A stretch of 64,000 bases of DNA from Octopus vulgaris (GCA_951406725.2 OX597816.1:46066001-46130000), one strand, 5' to 3'; counted from the first letter of the stretch, positions 41,383 through 57,212 are shown. Notes: generated by a model from the letters alone, not told the origin. Program-made: numbers and translations.

Positions 41383-41690
41383 TTAAAGACAAAAAGTATA
41401 TACACATATATTGAGTTCTGGTCTTCCTTTTGTTCTATGAAACACAGAAACATACACACATACACACACATAGATATTTGCTTTTATGTTCCTTATAATA
41501 AAAATAATTTTACATTAATCTGATGGGTTACTCTATAATTCTGTAGAGTTTAAATTTATTAATTTTAAACAAGAGTGCTGTCAACAGTGACTTCGAAATT
41601 TCAGCCTGCTAAACCATTGTCAGACAATGGCTTAACTGGCTGAAACTTCGCACTCACTATCAACAACATTCTTGTTTAAGAATAATATAT

Positions 41691-41821
<131 letters not shown>

Positions 41822-41830
41822 TATATACAT

Positions 41831-43444
<1,614 letters not shown>

Positions 43445-43462
43445 CATAATACACATATATTA

Positions 43463-44342
43463 TCTGATCAATAAGTATCTGAACTGTTGCCATAGTAACG
43501 AAGCTATAGGACACAGAGTGAAGCTACTTAGCAGAGATTGACCTTGAACTCTGTGTTGCATGTGCACTAAGTTTTAATGTTCTAGCTCACTTCCATTGTT
43601 TACAGCAGTGCTTGGAAGGAATGTGTGTAGCACATGATTGTCGCATTGACCATATAGAGAAAGTTGAGGAGAGAATCTTCATCAAATTTTGCCAAAAGCT
43701 TGGTAATACCTACTTAGAGGCCTACATAAAGTTTTCAAAAAGTTTTCATTGTTCTTGAGACATTCAAAGAGGTCTTGTGCAACTGAAACCCGAATGTCTT
43801 TTTGGTCAGCTGAAAGGAGTTTTGTCACAAACTTGGCAGACACGTCCCATACCCAAATCTTCAGTGATAATGGACTGAACTGAACCGTAACTAATCTGCA
43901 CATCCTCTGATAACTCATGGATGGTGATTCGACGAGTTCACCTCACAGCTGCATGTACATCTGCGATGTTTTTCTCAGTTCTTCTAGTTGCAGGTCTCCC
44001 AGAATGTTCATCAATATCGACATTTTTTCAGCCATCTTGGAAGCATTTGAACCACTCATACATTTGTGTGTGGCTCGTACACACCTCTCCGTACACTTTC
44101 TGCAACATTGCATAGGCCTTTGAGCAGGTATTGCCATGGCAACTTTCTCTGTCATGGTCAATATGACGATCACACGCTACACGCCTTCCTTCCAAGCACT
44201 GCTGTAAAATCAGAAGTTAGCTAGAACATTGAAACTTAGTGGACATGCACAGCAGAGGTCAAGGTCAATCTTTGCCAAAGGCTTTACTCTGTGTGCTTTA
44301 GCTTCGTTACTATGGCAACAGTCCGGATACTTACTGATCAGA
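43463..44342. mobile_element. Mariner-derived fold-back element made of two 5' ends
   Basis: Arms ~43463-43743 and ~44094-44342 are inverted copies of TIR, leader and MTEKV start; minus-strand transposase remnant (VSAKFVTKLLSADQK) lies between. Confidence 0.8.
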
Positions 44343-44382
44343 CCTAATATATTATATGTATGTTAGATAGATAGATAGATAG

Positions 44383-44420
<38 letters not shown>

Positions 44421-44788
44421 AGAAGCAGACAAATGAGAGTGGGTGCAAAATCAGCATGCAAAATAGTTTTGAAGTCAACGAAAATAACCAGCTGTTGTCT
44501 CCTGCGAGTAAAGCAGAGCAAAGAATGAAAGAAAGGGAAGAAGAGAAAGAGAATGTGAAGAGGAGGGTAGTAGAAATGTAGGGATGCGGTAAGAGACGAG
44601 GTAATGTCTTCTATTCACTCTCACGTGACATTCCCTTAACTTTGTTAGGTCTTTTCATCATCAGACTGTATCTGTGCAAATATTATGTCTGTGTGTGTGT
44701 ATGTGTGAGTGTGAGTTTACACACATTTTTGTACGAGCATGTGTGCATATGTCTGTGCGTGTAAACATATACACACAAATGTATACAA

Positions 44789-44838
<50 letters not shown>

Positions 44839-44964
44839 AGATATATGTGATTTATATATTTGTATATCTATGTGAAATACTAATCAAAATTCAGTATATA
44901 TAAATTCATAATAATGCAAATGTTTTCTCTGTGTGTGTGTGTCTGTGTACATATATATATATTA

Positions 44965-45039
<75 letters not shown>

Positions 45040-45490
45040 CAAGGGATGACAATTTGTAAAACAAGCTATGCCTAGCCACTTAGTAAAAGTACTCAAATAT
45101 AGTCTGAGAGTGGGAAAATACAAGTTCCTGATGAACCAAAGACATAATACAATATAATTTTGTATATATATATTTAAATAAAAACCTTTGACTCTGCAAC
45201 ACTGTATATAAATTCTCTACTTGGAATAACCAAGTTTAAAAACTGCTGGATCTCATTCATAAGGTAATCTTACAGTGTGTATAAACTCTATATTTGGACG
45301 GATCCATTTTAAACTCTGTTAGCCTTTCAGACTTTACTCATAGGATAATGGAATATTACATATATACCATACTGCCTAAAAAATGGATTTACAACTTCAA
45401 TACATATACATATCTATTTTCTTTCCTCCACCTCACTCTCTATTTTGTATCATATCTAAACTAAATATGACTTAATTATCCTCTCACATC

Positions 45491-45538
45491 GTCTCTGATG
45501 AAGGGATATAATAAATATCCTGGAAACAGCTGTAAGAC
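45491..45538 (+). ncRNA. Minimal type-I hammerhead ribozyme motif, intact core
   Basis: gtct CTGATGA a gggatat-aataa-atatcct g GAAAC AGCT GTA agac; palindromic helix III ACAGCTGT. Confidence 0.8.
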
Positions 45539-45744
45539 CTATCTATAAATGTTCTAATATCTACACAACCTTGGTTTTTTTTATCTCATTACGCAAAAAA
45601 TTCTTATATACACATGTTGGCATAGAACCAACGTTGAACCCCTTATTCGCAAAATTACCGAATCTGGAACTTAACTATGGTCTGTCTATAGCACTTATTC
45701 AGCATTACCTGACACCTTTGGGTCTCAATGACACCATTATTTCT

Positions 45745-45860
<116 letters not shown>

Positions 45861-45876
45861 TATATATATATGTACA

Positions 45877-45991
45877 CAGTAGTCCCCCCCCCCCCCGGTA
45901 TTTGCGGTGGTTAGGTTCCTAGAGCAACCATGAATAATTGACGTGGTCCATAAAAATGCCTAATATGTCAAAATATAATGTAAAATATTAT

Positions 45992-46022
<31 letters not shown>

Positions 46023-47900
46023 CATATATTTACTAATAATGTAATAAAAATAAAGTAAAAGGTACGGTTACCCATCAATAATGAATGATATTGATTTAAG
46101 ATGATGATGATGAAAATAATGAAGGTAAGGACTGCACAGCAAAGAAGATTTAAAGCTCTTCAGGTGTTTTAGGGTATGTCGTATCTTCCTGCAAGGCTTT
46201 CTTAATGTGCTTGAGGCACATTGTGATGGGAAGTTGCTGTAGTTGTTTCTTCTTGGTAGAGTTTTATATGTCTGTATGGCAGCATCGATGGCATTTTCAA
46301 ATTGGAAAGACCGAACCATATAGGGATTCCATGCTTCCGCCTTCCCTTGCAATTCCTTTGCTGTCCTTAAAAGGTCGGACAGATGTTTGATTGTCAGGCC
46401 CACCTCATCCTCCTCTTCCTCCTCCTCCTCCTCTTCGCTGTCAGACTTCATTAACTCCAACAAATCTTCATCTGTTAGGGTTTCAGAGTGGGCATTGATG
46501 AGAATGTTGATCTCATTTTACGTGATGTTGTCAAAACCTTCACCTCCAAGTACCTTTGCCATTTTCACCGCATTGTTGACAGCCTCGTGCTGAATATCTT
46601 CAGGGGAGAAGCCCTTGTAGTCCTGGACACACTCTAGCCACACCTTCCAACATGTGATGAGGGTTTCTTTTTTCATGTCTTTAAGAGCATAGATGACTGA
46701 CAGGTATGTTGCGATCATGAAGTTATGCCTGTACTCCTTTAACTTGAAATTCTTGTCTGAATCCATTGCATCTACAAGGTGATGGAGAGAGTTCCGAGTA
46801 TAAAGTGCCCTGAAGGCACAGATCACACCTTGATCCATAGGCTGGATGAGGAAGGTGGTGTTGGCAGGGAGGAACTCAACTTTGACTCCAACATGATTTA
46901 AATCCAAAGAGTGACTACCAGCATTATCCATAACAAGCAATACTTTGAATTCCATGCATACATTTTGGAAGTATTTTTTGGCTTGAGGGATGAAGCAGGT
47001 GGAACCAATTCAAAGTTAGACTTTTGGTAATCCAGGCCTGGGGGTTGTGCATCCAGTGGGCAGGCAGCAGATTTTTATTCTTATTTTTGAAAGCCCTCAG
47101 GTTCATGGACTTGTAGATAAGTCCTGGTTTCATCATGAAGCCAGCAGCATTGCTACACGTAATTAGCATCACTCTGTCCATCTGTGCCTTCAATCCTGGG
47201 ACTCTGGCTTTGTCCTTCATGGCATACGTTCTGAAAGGCATCTTCTTCCAGAACAAGCCAGTCTTGTCCATATAGAAAACCTGTTCCAGCTTGTATCCCT
47301 TTTCCTCGATGATCTGCCTGAAGGTCTCAAGGTACTTCTCTGCAGCTTCTTTGTCAGCTGATACTGTCTCTTCATACAGGGAAACACACTTTATTTTAAA
47401 CTGTTTCTGGAAACAGTCAAACCATGCCTTGCTGGCTTGAAAATCTTTGGACTCCAGTGTTGCCAATGGTCTTGGTTGCAGTTCTTCAATGCCTTCTGCT
47501 CCATCTCCGCCGTCAAACTGATGGTATAATTTCTGTACTTTCTCGCAGATGATGTTACCACTCAAAGGAATGTTTTTCTTTTTGCAGTTACTGATCCAGA
47601 ATACCAAGGTAGATTCCATCTTGACAAGGTGCTTATTTCTTATTGTCATTATCTTTTTGGCACTTTCACAGGAATTTACTGCTATGGTAGACCTGATCGC
47701 TACTTCATTCTTCTTTATGTAGCGTATAGTGCTTTCATTGACATCATAACAGCAACCTACTGCAGCACAACTCTTACCTTCCTGGAACATATCCAGCAGT
47801 TGTACCATCTCATGGAACTTCATAGCCTTTTTCTGTCACTTAGGTTCACAGCCAGAAGCCTTAGAAGATGTAGGGTGTTTGGGTAGCATCTTAGGGCCCT
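45877..47900 (-). mobile_element. Tigger/pogo DNA transposon with frameshifted transposase (ORFs 46924-47823, 46518-46955, 46068-46463)
   Basis: HTH-psq/CENP-B-like N-terminus, FQASKAWF, QVFYMDKTGLFWK, LLVMDNAGSH, FLPANTTFLIQPMDQGVI; TIR-like CAGTAGTCCCCC at 45877. Confidence 0.9.
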
Positions 47901-48154
47901 AAGTTCAACATAGGAGATGGAGCAGAAAGTAATACAAACTAATTTTTCAAAACTATTGTTATTTTTAATGTCTGCTCAGTCTCCCATTGGTGCTATGCAC
48001 ATATTAGATGCAAGGAAGGTTTTTTTGTATGTTTATTTTTGGGAAAAATTGCATCCTATCTCAAGTGTTTTGTTGAGTGTTGTGTTTTTCACAGCATGGT
48101 TTTGAAAAATTTAGTTTGTATTACCACTAGATACAGTAATCTATACTATAATAA

Positions 48155-48165
48155 AAATAATGATG

Positions 48166-48221
<56 letters not shown>

Positions 48222-48249
48222 CATAATAATAATAATAATAATAATGATG

Positions 48250-48303
<54 letters not shown>
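48155..48303. repeat. (AAT)n microsatellite
   Basis: Direct reading; similar tracts at 19630-19740 and 44960-45037. Confidence 0.95.
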
Positions 48304-48304
<1 letters not shown>

Positions 48305-48493
48305 GAGAGAGAGAGGGAGAGAGAAGGGAAAAGAGAGAGACTGATATTGCCATGAAAGAAGTCATAAAAAATTGTAGATGGTATTTACAATTCTGCGAAT
48401 ATGTGGTGGTTTCTGCAAACAAATATTCATTCCACGAATAACTGGGACCGCAAATACCAAACCATGAACAAGCAGGAGTACACTGTATGTATG

Positions 48494-48542
<49 letters not shown>

Positions 48543-49659
48543 GTATTTGTGTGTATCTCTCTCTCTCTCTCTTTATACACACACACACATATATATATAT
48601 ATGTATATGCATAACATAGACAAATACAGGTGTATCAAATACCATACAATTTAAATTCTTGATTTTTTAAAAATTATCTCTTCTTACAGAGAAAGTGGAT
48701 AATTGCCTGAAGATAGATAAAATCAACTTTAAATAAGAAGGGGAGATAATTTCAAGTATCAAAAATTTTCCGACTTTGAAATGTGGTTGGTGTTAAGAAG
48801 GGTATCCAGCTGTATGAACCATACCAAAACAGACTGTGGAGCTTGGTGCAGTCCTCTGGCTTGCCAGCTCCTGTCAAATTGTTCAACCCATACCAGCATG
48901 GAAGGTGGATATTAGATGATGATGCTGTTGCTGCTGCTGCTGCTGATGTACCTGATTGTCTTGAGACAAGACAGCAGCTATGGATATGTGTATCTGTGTA
49001 AGAAGACATCCTACTTTGTCTCCAGCAGAATAAGATATTGAGACATATAAAAAGGAGTAAAACATATTTATGGCCAAGGTAATTTGTAGAAATGAAACTA
49101 AAATTAATCAAAGGAAATACCTCTAGCCAGCTTGTTGCATTAATTGTAGTAATAAAGATGAATAAGTGTGTATATAATAATCCTTTCTACTTTAGGCACA
49201 ATGCTTGGAATTTGGAGGAGGGGGCTAGTTGATTACATTGACCCCCCAGGTCTCCACAAGTACTTATCTCATCAACCCTAACAGGATGAAAGGCAAAGTC
49301 AACCTCAGTGGAATTTGAGCTCAGAATGCAAAGACGGATGAAATGCGGCTAAGCATCTTCCCCAACATGGTAACTATTCTGCTAGTCTGCTACCTTAAGA
49401 GCATTTTTAATAATAAACGATGATGATGATGATGATGAATTAATTATTCTTCCTACTAAAGACAAGAGACCTGGAATTTTAGTGGAGGAGACTAGTAGAT
49501 CATATCAGTCCTGATGCTCAACTGGTACTTATTTTAACAACATTGAAAGGATGAAAGAAAATATTAACCTCAGCAGAGTTTGAACTCAGAACACAAAGTT
49601 AAATTAAATGCATCTAAGCATTTTGTCCAGTGTGCTGATCATTCTGCCAGCTCACCGCA

Positions 49660-51025
49660 TTGGCTGACCAAGACACTGTCATAGAATGTGACCAAATGAT
49701 GTTTATTTTTATTTTTAACATAGTCTTGTTTGTGGTCCACACACTTCTCCCATTTGAGTTGCAGTGCTTGGATCCCATTGGTGAAGAAGCTTTCATCCGT
49801 TGGTCAAAAAAGTCATCAACAGCTGATATAACATCATTATCACTGCAATACTGCTTCTCAGCCAAGTGTTTCTCCATGCTGGGGAACAGATGACAGTCAG
49901 ATGAGGCCAAATCAGGAGAATATGGAAGGGGATCAACCAGTTCCTAGCCACAACCATGAACAACAGCCATTGAAATCAAAAATTGTGCGCTGGAGCACTG
50001 ACCGGATAAAACAAGGTCCTTTTCGTCAGTTTTCATGGGCGTTTGGTCTTGAGAGCCCTTCATAACTGCCTCTTGTCTCTCTGTCTGTGGCTCAAAGTGA
50101 TGAACTTAGCACACATTCTGGGTTAAGAAACATTCAAGGAAATCAGCTGGGTCTGCCTCAAACAATGTAAGATTTTCCTGTGATGTGATCCACCTGGTGT
50201 GCTTTTGATCAGGTGTCAGATGAGTTACCCATCAAGCAGAAACTAGAGCTATGAAATTTTGCATGCATTCATTTCAACCCTTCTTATTTAATAGCTGCAT
50301 TTTTTCTTTCCAGGTAAACTGACATCTCACTGTTCAAATACTTCAAAAGTAACTAGTAGCAACATCTCTTGAAAATGGACAAAATTTGGCATCACGGTGT
50401 TATCAAGTAGTTGCAGAAAAAAGGTTTAGCCCCCAAGGACATCCATGCTGACATGATTGCTATATGATGATCCAGCTTTATCAACAGTGCAAAAGCAGGA
50501 AGCTGAAACTTTTGTCATGCTAAATTTATTGTGCAGAATGTTCTCAACCCTCTCGCAGAATGTGCTAATAGCATTGGATTTATAGTCAATTGCCTGTCAT
50601 CCATCATCATGTGGTGAATACAATCAATGCTTTCCTCAATGGTAGCAGTTGCAATACATCCAGACCTTAGTACATTTTCAAGTCTCTCTTTTCCCTTTTT
50701 AAATTCAGCTTCCTGCTTTTGCATTGTTGATAAAGCTGGAGTGTCATCCCTTAATGTGGCAATCATGTCAACATGAATGTCCTTGGGGGCTAAACCCTTT
50801 TTCTGCAACTACTTGATAACACCATAATGCCAAATTTTGTCCATTTTCAAGAGACGTTGCTACTAGTTACATTTGAAGTTTTCTTTGAATAGTGGGATGT
50901 CAGTTTACCTGGAAAGAAACAAGGCAGTTATTAATAAGAAGGGTTGAAATTAATGCATGCAAAATTTCATAGCTTTAGTATCACTCCTTCATAGTCAGCC
51001 TATGACCTTTCTAACCCACTCTAGT
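49660..51025 (-). mobile_element. Decayed mariner with an internal inverted duplication of its 5' region
   Basis: LASSDCHLFPSMEKHLA resembles PDLAPSDYHLF; N-terminus LQKKGLAPKDIH; inverted arms 50247-50507 and 50704-50974. Confidence 0.8.
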
Positions 51026-52244
51026 ACAGTTGATGTAAAAAAACAAAAAAATATGTTTTATGCATCATAAATTTATAGTTCCATACTTTATTCTATCTAT
51101 GTCAATGAACAAAATCATATATTTTCTCATATAAAACCACCTTAAAATATCTTTTAATGACTGTATGAATGAAACACTAAATTTTTTCCTCACAAAATAT
51201 ACTTGTAAAATAGGGGTGCGTCTTATAAGCCAGCAAATATGGCAATCCGCAATTTATTTGGTGAAACAAAATAAAAATGAATTTATTCAAGTTATTCATC
51301 GAATTCACATATGCGAAGAATCAAAGTTAAATTTTTTTCTCCCGTGTCTCACAGAAAAGAAAAAATAGCCAAGACTATTTTACTCTCAAATACAACAATA
51401 GACTGTGTGATGAAAGGAAAAATGATAGACCGGAAAGTAGAATAAGAAGAAAAATGGCAACAAAAATAGCAACAAATTTCCTAAAAAGTTGATCAGTACA
51501 ACAGTCAATTCTTTCGTAAACCTACTTCGATTTATTAACTGCATTTCCTTCTATCACTTTAAACTCTTTATGTTTAAGATGAGTAAATTATTAGACACAA
51601 ACCTCCAGTTAATGTAACTGTTTGCAAAGTAAATATATTATTTTCCACTTAAATATTGATATACAGCAGTTGTAAAATTACAAAAGAAAGTCACAGAAAT
51701 ATTTTTTAGAATGTTTATAAATAATTCAATGAAAATTATCGTTTACTATTTTGTTTATGCATGAGAAAGTTTTGATTAAATTTCACTGAAATTGTACATT
51801 AATATTGGGGACAATTATAAAAATTCCGTTTCACATTCACCTTCAGCCACCAATATTAGTTACAGACACATGTATTCAGAGCTTTTAGAACTGGCAGAAA
51901 TACCAGCCATATCTCTTGCAAATCAGCCAGAAAAGACACATTATAATGGTTTCAAATTTTTGCAGTGGGCCAGCAGTTTTTGAAGGTAAGGTGAAGTCCA
52001 TTACCCTGACCTAAGTTCTTGACTGGTGCTTCCCGAAAGGATGAAAAGTAAAGTTGACCTCAGCAGAATTTGAGTTCAGAACGCAAAGATGGACGAAATG
52101 CCCCTAAGCATTTTGTCTAGCATGCTAACACTTCTGCCTGCTCATTCCTTAGATAGGCAAACACATCATAATAGTGTAAAAGAGAACCTTGACAAGAAAT
52201 GATGTCATCCATCCACATAAATGTAAATATTGTACTGTGTATAT

Positions 52245-52970
52245 AGGGAGTTTGCGGAAGATGAAATATTTTGAGAAATGCAACCTAAATTTCAACAATC
52301 TGTCCAATTAAAAACCGCCCGATAGAGCAGCCATTTTTGTGAAAATCAGAATAGAGGTAAAGTAAATGATTTGTTTAGTGCTACAGATACTTTTCGTTTT
52401 TAAATTGAATATATATCTGCAATCGTTGAACTCACCTCCTGAACCTTCTTTGGAAAAAAATTAGTTGTGCTTTCCTGCATGCAATTCTTTACAGCCACCT
52501 CATCAGTATCATCGAAACCGTTGTTACCGAAGACTGTCTTTCATTGAATGAAACAGATGGAAGTTGGAGAGTGCCAAATCCAGTCTATACACACAGTGAA
52601 TGGGAAACCACTGACTAACCCAAGTTGTCAATTGCCCAACTTGTTGCCAAAGAGGAGTGTGGTCACGCCTTGTTATGGTGAATGTGGATAGTTTTCAAAT
52701 TCCTGCTTGGTTACTTCTGATGGCTTCTCTAAGCTTTTTGAGTGTCTCATTGTTCACAATGCAACCATGCTCCAGAAAAACAAAGATAATTACTAACCCC
52801 ACCCCACCCGAAAGCCTGAGTCACCATGACATTTGCATTAATTACTAGCTCTTGACTGTCTTTAGGCTTTTGGGAGATCATGAAATACACCCACGTTTCA
52901 TATCCCGTCACTTGATCAGCAAAAAAAAAGGGTTTATTGGATTAAAAAATCTACAACAGGTTACAGCAGA
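52245..52970 (-). mobile_element. Decayed mariner fragment
   Basis: Minus strand YRLDLALSNFHLF (~52555-52590) resembles YSPDLAPSDFHLF. Confidence 0.6.
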
Positions 52971-52971
52971 T

Positions 52972-53383
52972 GGATCTTTTCGGTTTGAATGGCAGTTTCT
53001 AACATAATTTCTAGGTAACTAAAAAATTTTAAACTTCGTATACTGGTATACATCTTTTTTTCTTGGCTTTATAAAGTAAATTCTATAGTTTGTAAGATAT
53101 TTGTTGTTTTTTTTCTTCAATTTCTGCAATTTCAACCAATCAGTGACGTCTATTGAGTTAAAAAGCATTCTGTGCCGTATGAATATGTCCCTCGTTTAAG
53201 AAACAGATTGGGTTTATTTACATTTCTGAAGAAAAAAAGATACCCTTCCCCCACCCCTAACCCTAACTAACCCTAGCCCTAAAACAGATTGAAATGCAAT
53301 AGATCGATACTAGGGTCATAGTTATGGGTGACAATTTCATATGACACTGCGAGAAAAATCTGCCGTTCAAACCGAAAAGATCC
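52972..53383. mobile_element. MITE with GGATC TIRs and internal (CCCTAA)n
   Basis: GGATCTTTTCGGTTTGAATGGCAG / CTGCCGTTCAAACCGAAAAGATCC; telomere-like units at 53255-53282. Confidence 0.8.
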
Positions 53384-53675
53384 AAAATACCTACTCTGTC
53401 CACACTTTCCAATACTCAAATCTTCCGCCATCTTTTTTGTTCATTTGAACAACACTCTTAACAACTCACTTATGTCTCTCTACCAACAAACAATAATATT
53501 AATCTGCAACAACCAATTTCTATACAACCATTGCATGCATGCGGGTATGTGTAATATATGACCATACTCAAGGCAAAGCGAGAATGAGTAACTGCGTGTA
53601 TAGCTGGATATAAATTTTATAAATTCAGCTCGAAGTACATACGCACGCAAAAGTATGAATGAAATAAACATCAGA

Positions 53676-53845
53676 GCGCAGGAGTGGCTGTGTGGTAAGT
53701 AGCTTGCTAACCAACCACATGGTTCCGGGTTCAATCCCACTGCGTGGCATCTTGGGCAAGTGTCTTCTGCTATAGCCCCGGGCCGACCAATGCCTTGTGA
53801 GTGGATTTGGTAGACGGAAACTGAAAGAAGCCTGTCGTATATATG

Positions 53846-53876
<31 letters not shown>

Positions 53877-54092
53877 TTGTGTGTCTGTATTTGTTCCCCT
53901 AGCATTGCTTGACAACCGATGTTGGTGTGTTTATGTCCCCGTCACTTAGCGGTTCGGCAAAAAGAGACCGATAGAATAAGTACTGGGCTTACAAAAAGAA
54001 TAAGTCCCGCGGTCGAGTTGCTCGACTAAAGGCGGTGCACCAGCGTGGCCGCAGTCAAATGACTGAAACAAGTAAAAGAGTAAAAGAGTAAG
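53676..54092 (+). mobile_element. SINE family 1
   Basis: Full-length, CpG-rich copy. Confidence 0.9.
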
Positions 54093-54103
54093 AGAGAGAT
54101 TCT

Positions 54104-54467
54104 GGATCTTTTCCGTTTGAAGGCCAGATTTCAACACAATTTCTGAACACTTTAAAACTTCGTATACTGGTAGAATGTGTCAAAAGAAAACATTATTTTC
54201 ACTTGGCTTTCTTGATAAATTTGTAATTTGTTTGTTTAACGTAGTTTAATTTTTCGAATTTTAACCAATCATATGCTCTCTTTTGAGCTAAAATCATTTG
54301 CTGCGTCTAAAAACTGAGACAACATCCTGTAACTAACCCTCCCCCTGCCCCTAACCCTAACCCTAAATTTTTTTTTTCTTAATTGTTAAATTAATTTAAT
54401 TGTTAATTTTACACGCGTAAAAAACTAGAAATTGTGTTGAAACCTGGCCTTCAAAAGGAAAAGATCC
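54104..54467. mobile_element. Related MITE with ~40-bp TIRs, 8-bp TSD and internal (CCCTAA)3
   Basis: GAGATTCT|GGATCTTTTCC...GGAAAAGATCC|GAGATTCT. Confidence 0.85.
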
Positions 54468-55339
54468 GAGATTCTTTGTCTCACACAGAAATTGCAGGAG
54501 GTATTCAGAGCTTTTGGAAACTCATCTAAATTCATCAGAATGCTGGAAAGCCTTCCGTACTGCCAGCAGGTATCTCAAAGACAGCGTTTCACCCTTTCAG
54601 TATGTAGTCTTTTCCTGGTATGTCAACGAGGAGTCAATTAGTCTTCGCCAGCTGGAGGTTTGTTCTACTTGTGGTTTTTTATCAACATTAGCCACCTTAA
54701 GCTGGTTTTAGCTACCGTCTTCTTAGATGAGTAAAATTATATTTATTCAAAGCTGTGTCTGAATTACTACTCAGAGTTTTTTGTTCCTAATCCTCTCTCT
54801 CAGAGTTTATTAAAAAGTGAATTTGAGAGTTACTACTCGGAGTTTCTCAACGCCGGAGACAGAAGACTCCAAAAAGCAGCCCCTAGGGCAAGTGTCTTCT
54901 GCCATTGCCCCGTGCCGACCGAAGGCTTGTGAATGGATTTGGTTGTCAGAAATTGCGTTTTTGTCTCCCCACCCAACCACCACCACCACCACTTGAGAAC
55001 CGGTGTTAGTTTGTTTACATCCCTGTAAAAGCGGTTCGGCAAAAAGCAATCGATAGAATAAGTACCAAGGTCGATTTGTTCGACTAAACCCTTCAAAGAG
55101 ATGCCCCAACATGGCCGTAGTCAAATGAGTAAAACAAGACTAAACGCTAACTGTGCTAAAGTGAAGCTGTATGTTTTATAATGTTTATGCGTATTTCTCT
55201 AACAGATTCCTAGCCTTCGTCGGGCTATGTGTGTGTGTATAACGCACAAAACAGCCTGAAAGATTGCTTTATGATACATGACATATCTTATAAATTTGCC
55301 TATTCAAGTATCAAAATAGCATGAAACTATTAGTTGCTC

Positions 55340-56070
55340 TTTCGGTTGTATATTTAATTGTATATTTAATTTGAAATTATTGTATACAGTGCTCAGGTGT
55401 ACCACAACTTGTCAAAAGCATATGCAGTAATGTACAAATGCCTAGAAAGTGAACAGTGTATGAGTCAGATACATGCTTGTGTGTGTATGGAGGGGAGAAA
55501 ATCAGGTGTAGTCTTGGCGAATCTCAGGAAGCATGGAAGTTTTGAAGGATGCAGTGCTCCGACAACTAACAACTGATGCCGGTAGTTTGTTCCATACTTC
55601 AGCAACTCTTAGCGTGAAAAAATGTTTCCGAAAGTCATGGGAACTGTGCTGTTTTCTGATTTTGTAAACATGCTCACGGGTGTTAGACAGGTGGAGTTTG
55701 AAAAGGTGCTCGGAGTTATTGTTAGTAAGATGGTTAATAATTTTATGGGTGTCTGCCAAGTCAGCTGCCAGATGTCGGAGTTTCAATGTATCCATGCCGA
55801 GGGAAGTAAGGCGTTCAGAATATGGCAAATGCCTGATGGAGGGTATTCTCTTGGTTGCACGTCGCTGAATGGTTTCCAGACGATTAATATCCTGGGCAAG
55901 ATAGTGGTTCCAGACCGGTGATGCAAATCCCAGGTGAGGCCGCACCATAGCTATATGTAGACTCAGATAGATAGCCGGAGAGCAGCTCACAAAGGACTTG
56001 GTAAGTGATGCCAAGACACCCTCAGCCTTCTTGGCAATTTTAGCAATGTGTTTTGTCCAACGCAAATTAC
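55340..56070 (-). mobile_element. CR1-clade LINE 3' fragment (ORF 55502-56065 plus 3'UTR)
   Basis: MVRPHLGFASPVWN, LETIQRRATK, LPYSERL, FFTLRVAEVWNKLP are typical CR1 ORF2 C-terminal motifs. Confidence 0.9.
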
Positions 56071-56092
56071 TGTTATGTTTATGTGCTATGTT

Positions 56093-56126
<34 letters not shown>

Positions 56127-56834
56127 CATATATATATATATAAAATAAATTAATAAATAAATAAAACATATGCATATATACATACATATATGTACGTACC
56201 TACCTCTACATGTATATATACATGCATATATGGGCACAGGACACCAAAAAAACATCGAACACAATGAGAAACGAAAACATAAACACAAAACCAAGGAAAT
56301 GGACATTCTTCTTAAACAACGAAAAAATAGAGTACAGGACATACAAAACAAGGAAAATTCCCCTTCTTCAGTCGCGTTTGTTTCATCTACTCCACGTTTC
56401 GAAGGTCAAGGCGATACATGACTTTAATGAAATATTCCTTCCCGCGAAAATCAAATTAAATAAAATTTGAGATTTTTTTGCGGAGGGGTAAAATTGGTAA
56501 CAAAAACAGGACAATATATATATATTATTATTATTATTATTATTAAATCCCGCTGAGGTCGGCATTGCCTTTCCTCCTTTCGGATATTAAGTACCATTTG
56601 AGAACTGGCGTCAATGTAATCGACTATCCCCCTACCCACAAATTCCAGGCCTTATGTCTATAACAGAAAGAAGTGTTGTTGTTGTTGTTGATGGTGATGA
56701 TGATGATGATGGGCAGAAGTGACAGTGATTCAAGGGGCGTGGTTTCAAACTTTTTGATGAGTGCCAATAGATGAAATTCTCGGCCCTTGAGTCACTCTAA
56801 CTTACAACGATTATCAATTTGTAATTATCTATCA

Positions 56835-56869
<35 letters not shown>

Positions 56870-56949
56870 ACACTCATGTTTTTGTGTTGTATTTTCCATT
56901 TTGCTTCACAAAATTTGTGTGTATGTGTGTGTGTGAGTGAGTGTGTGTG

Positions 56950-56989
<40 letters not shown>

Positions 56990-56993
<4 letters not shown>

Positions 56994-57182
56994 GGAAAGT
57001 TTACGAAATAAACAAAAGACGAAGGCAGGTGGAGTACAAACAAACAAATGTATTAGTATAGCGCTCAGGGATAGAAATAGAAAAAGTCTTTTACGTTTCG
57101 AGCCTACGCTCTTCGACAGAAAGATACACAGAAAAAAACAAGGAGAGAAAAAAATGCGTGTAGGAGCTAACGATCTATCATG
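56990..57182 (-). mobile_element. Family P1 repeat with hammerhead-like motif at 57088-57123
   Basis: Minus strand cttt CTGTCGA a gagc-gtag-gctc GAAAC GTA aaag; (TA)n on both sides. Confidence 0.7.
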
Positions 57183-57212
57183 ATATATATATATACACAC
57201 ACACACACATAC

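Noticed and set aside
53255-53282. Telomere or chromosome fusion site
   Set aside because: Only 3-4 units, and internal to a MITE.
54490-54711. Possible host coding exon in moderately GC-rich unique DNA
   Set aside because: No recognisable protein motif or clear splice-site pair in any frame.
56355-56410. Minus-strand GAAAC...GTA followed by CTGAAGA (permuted hammerhead)
   Set aside because: Helix I does not pair convincingly.
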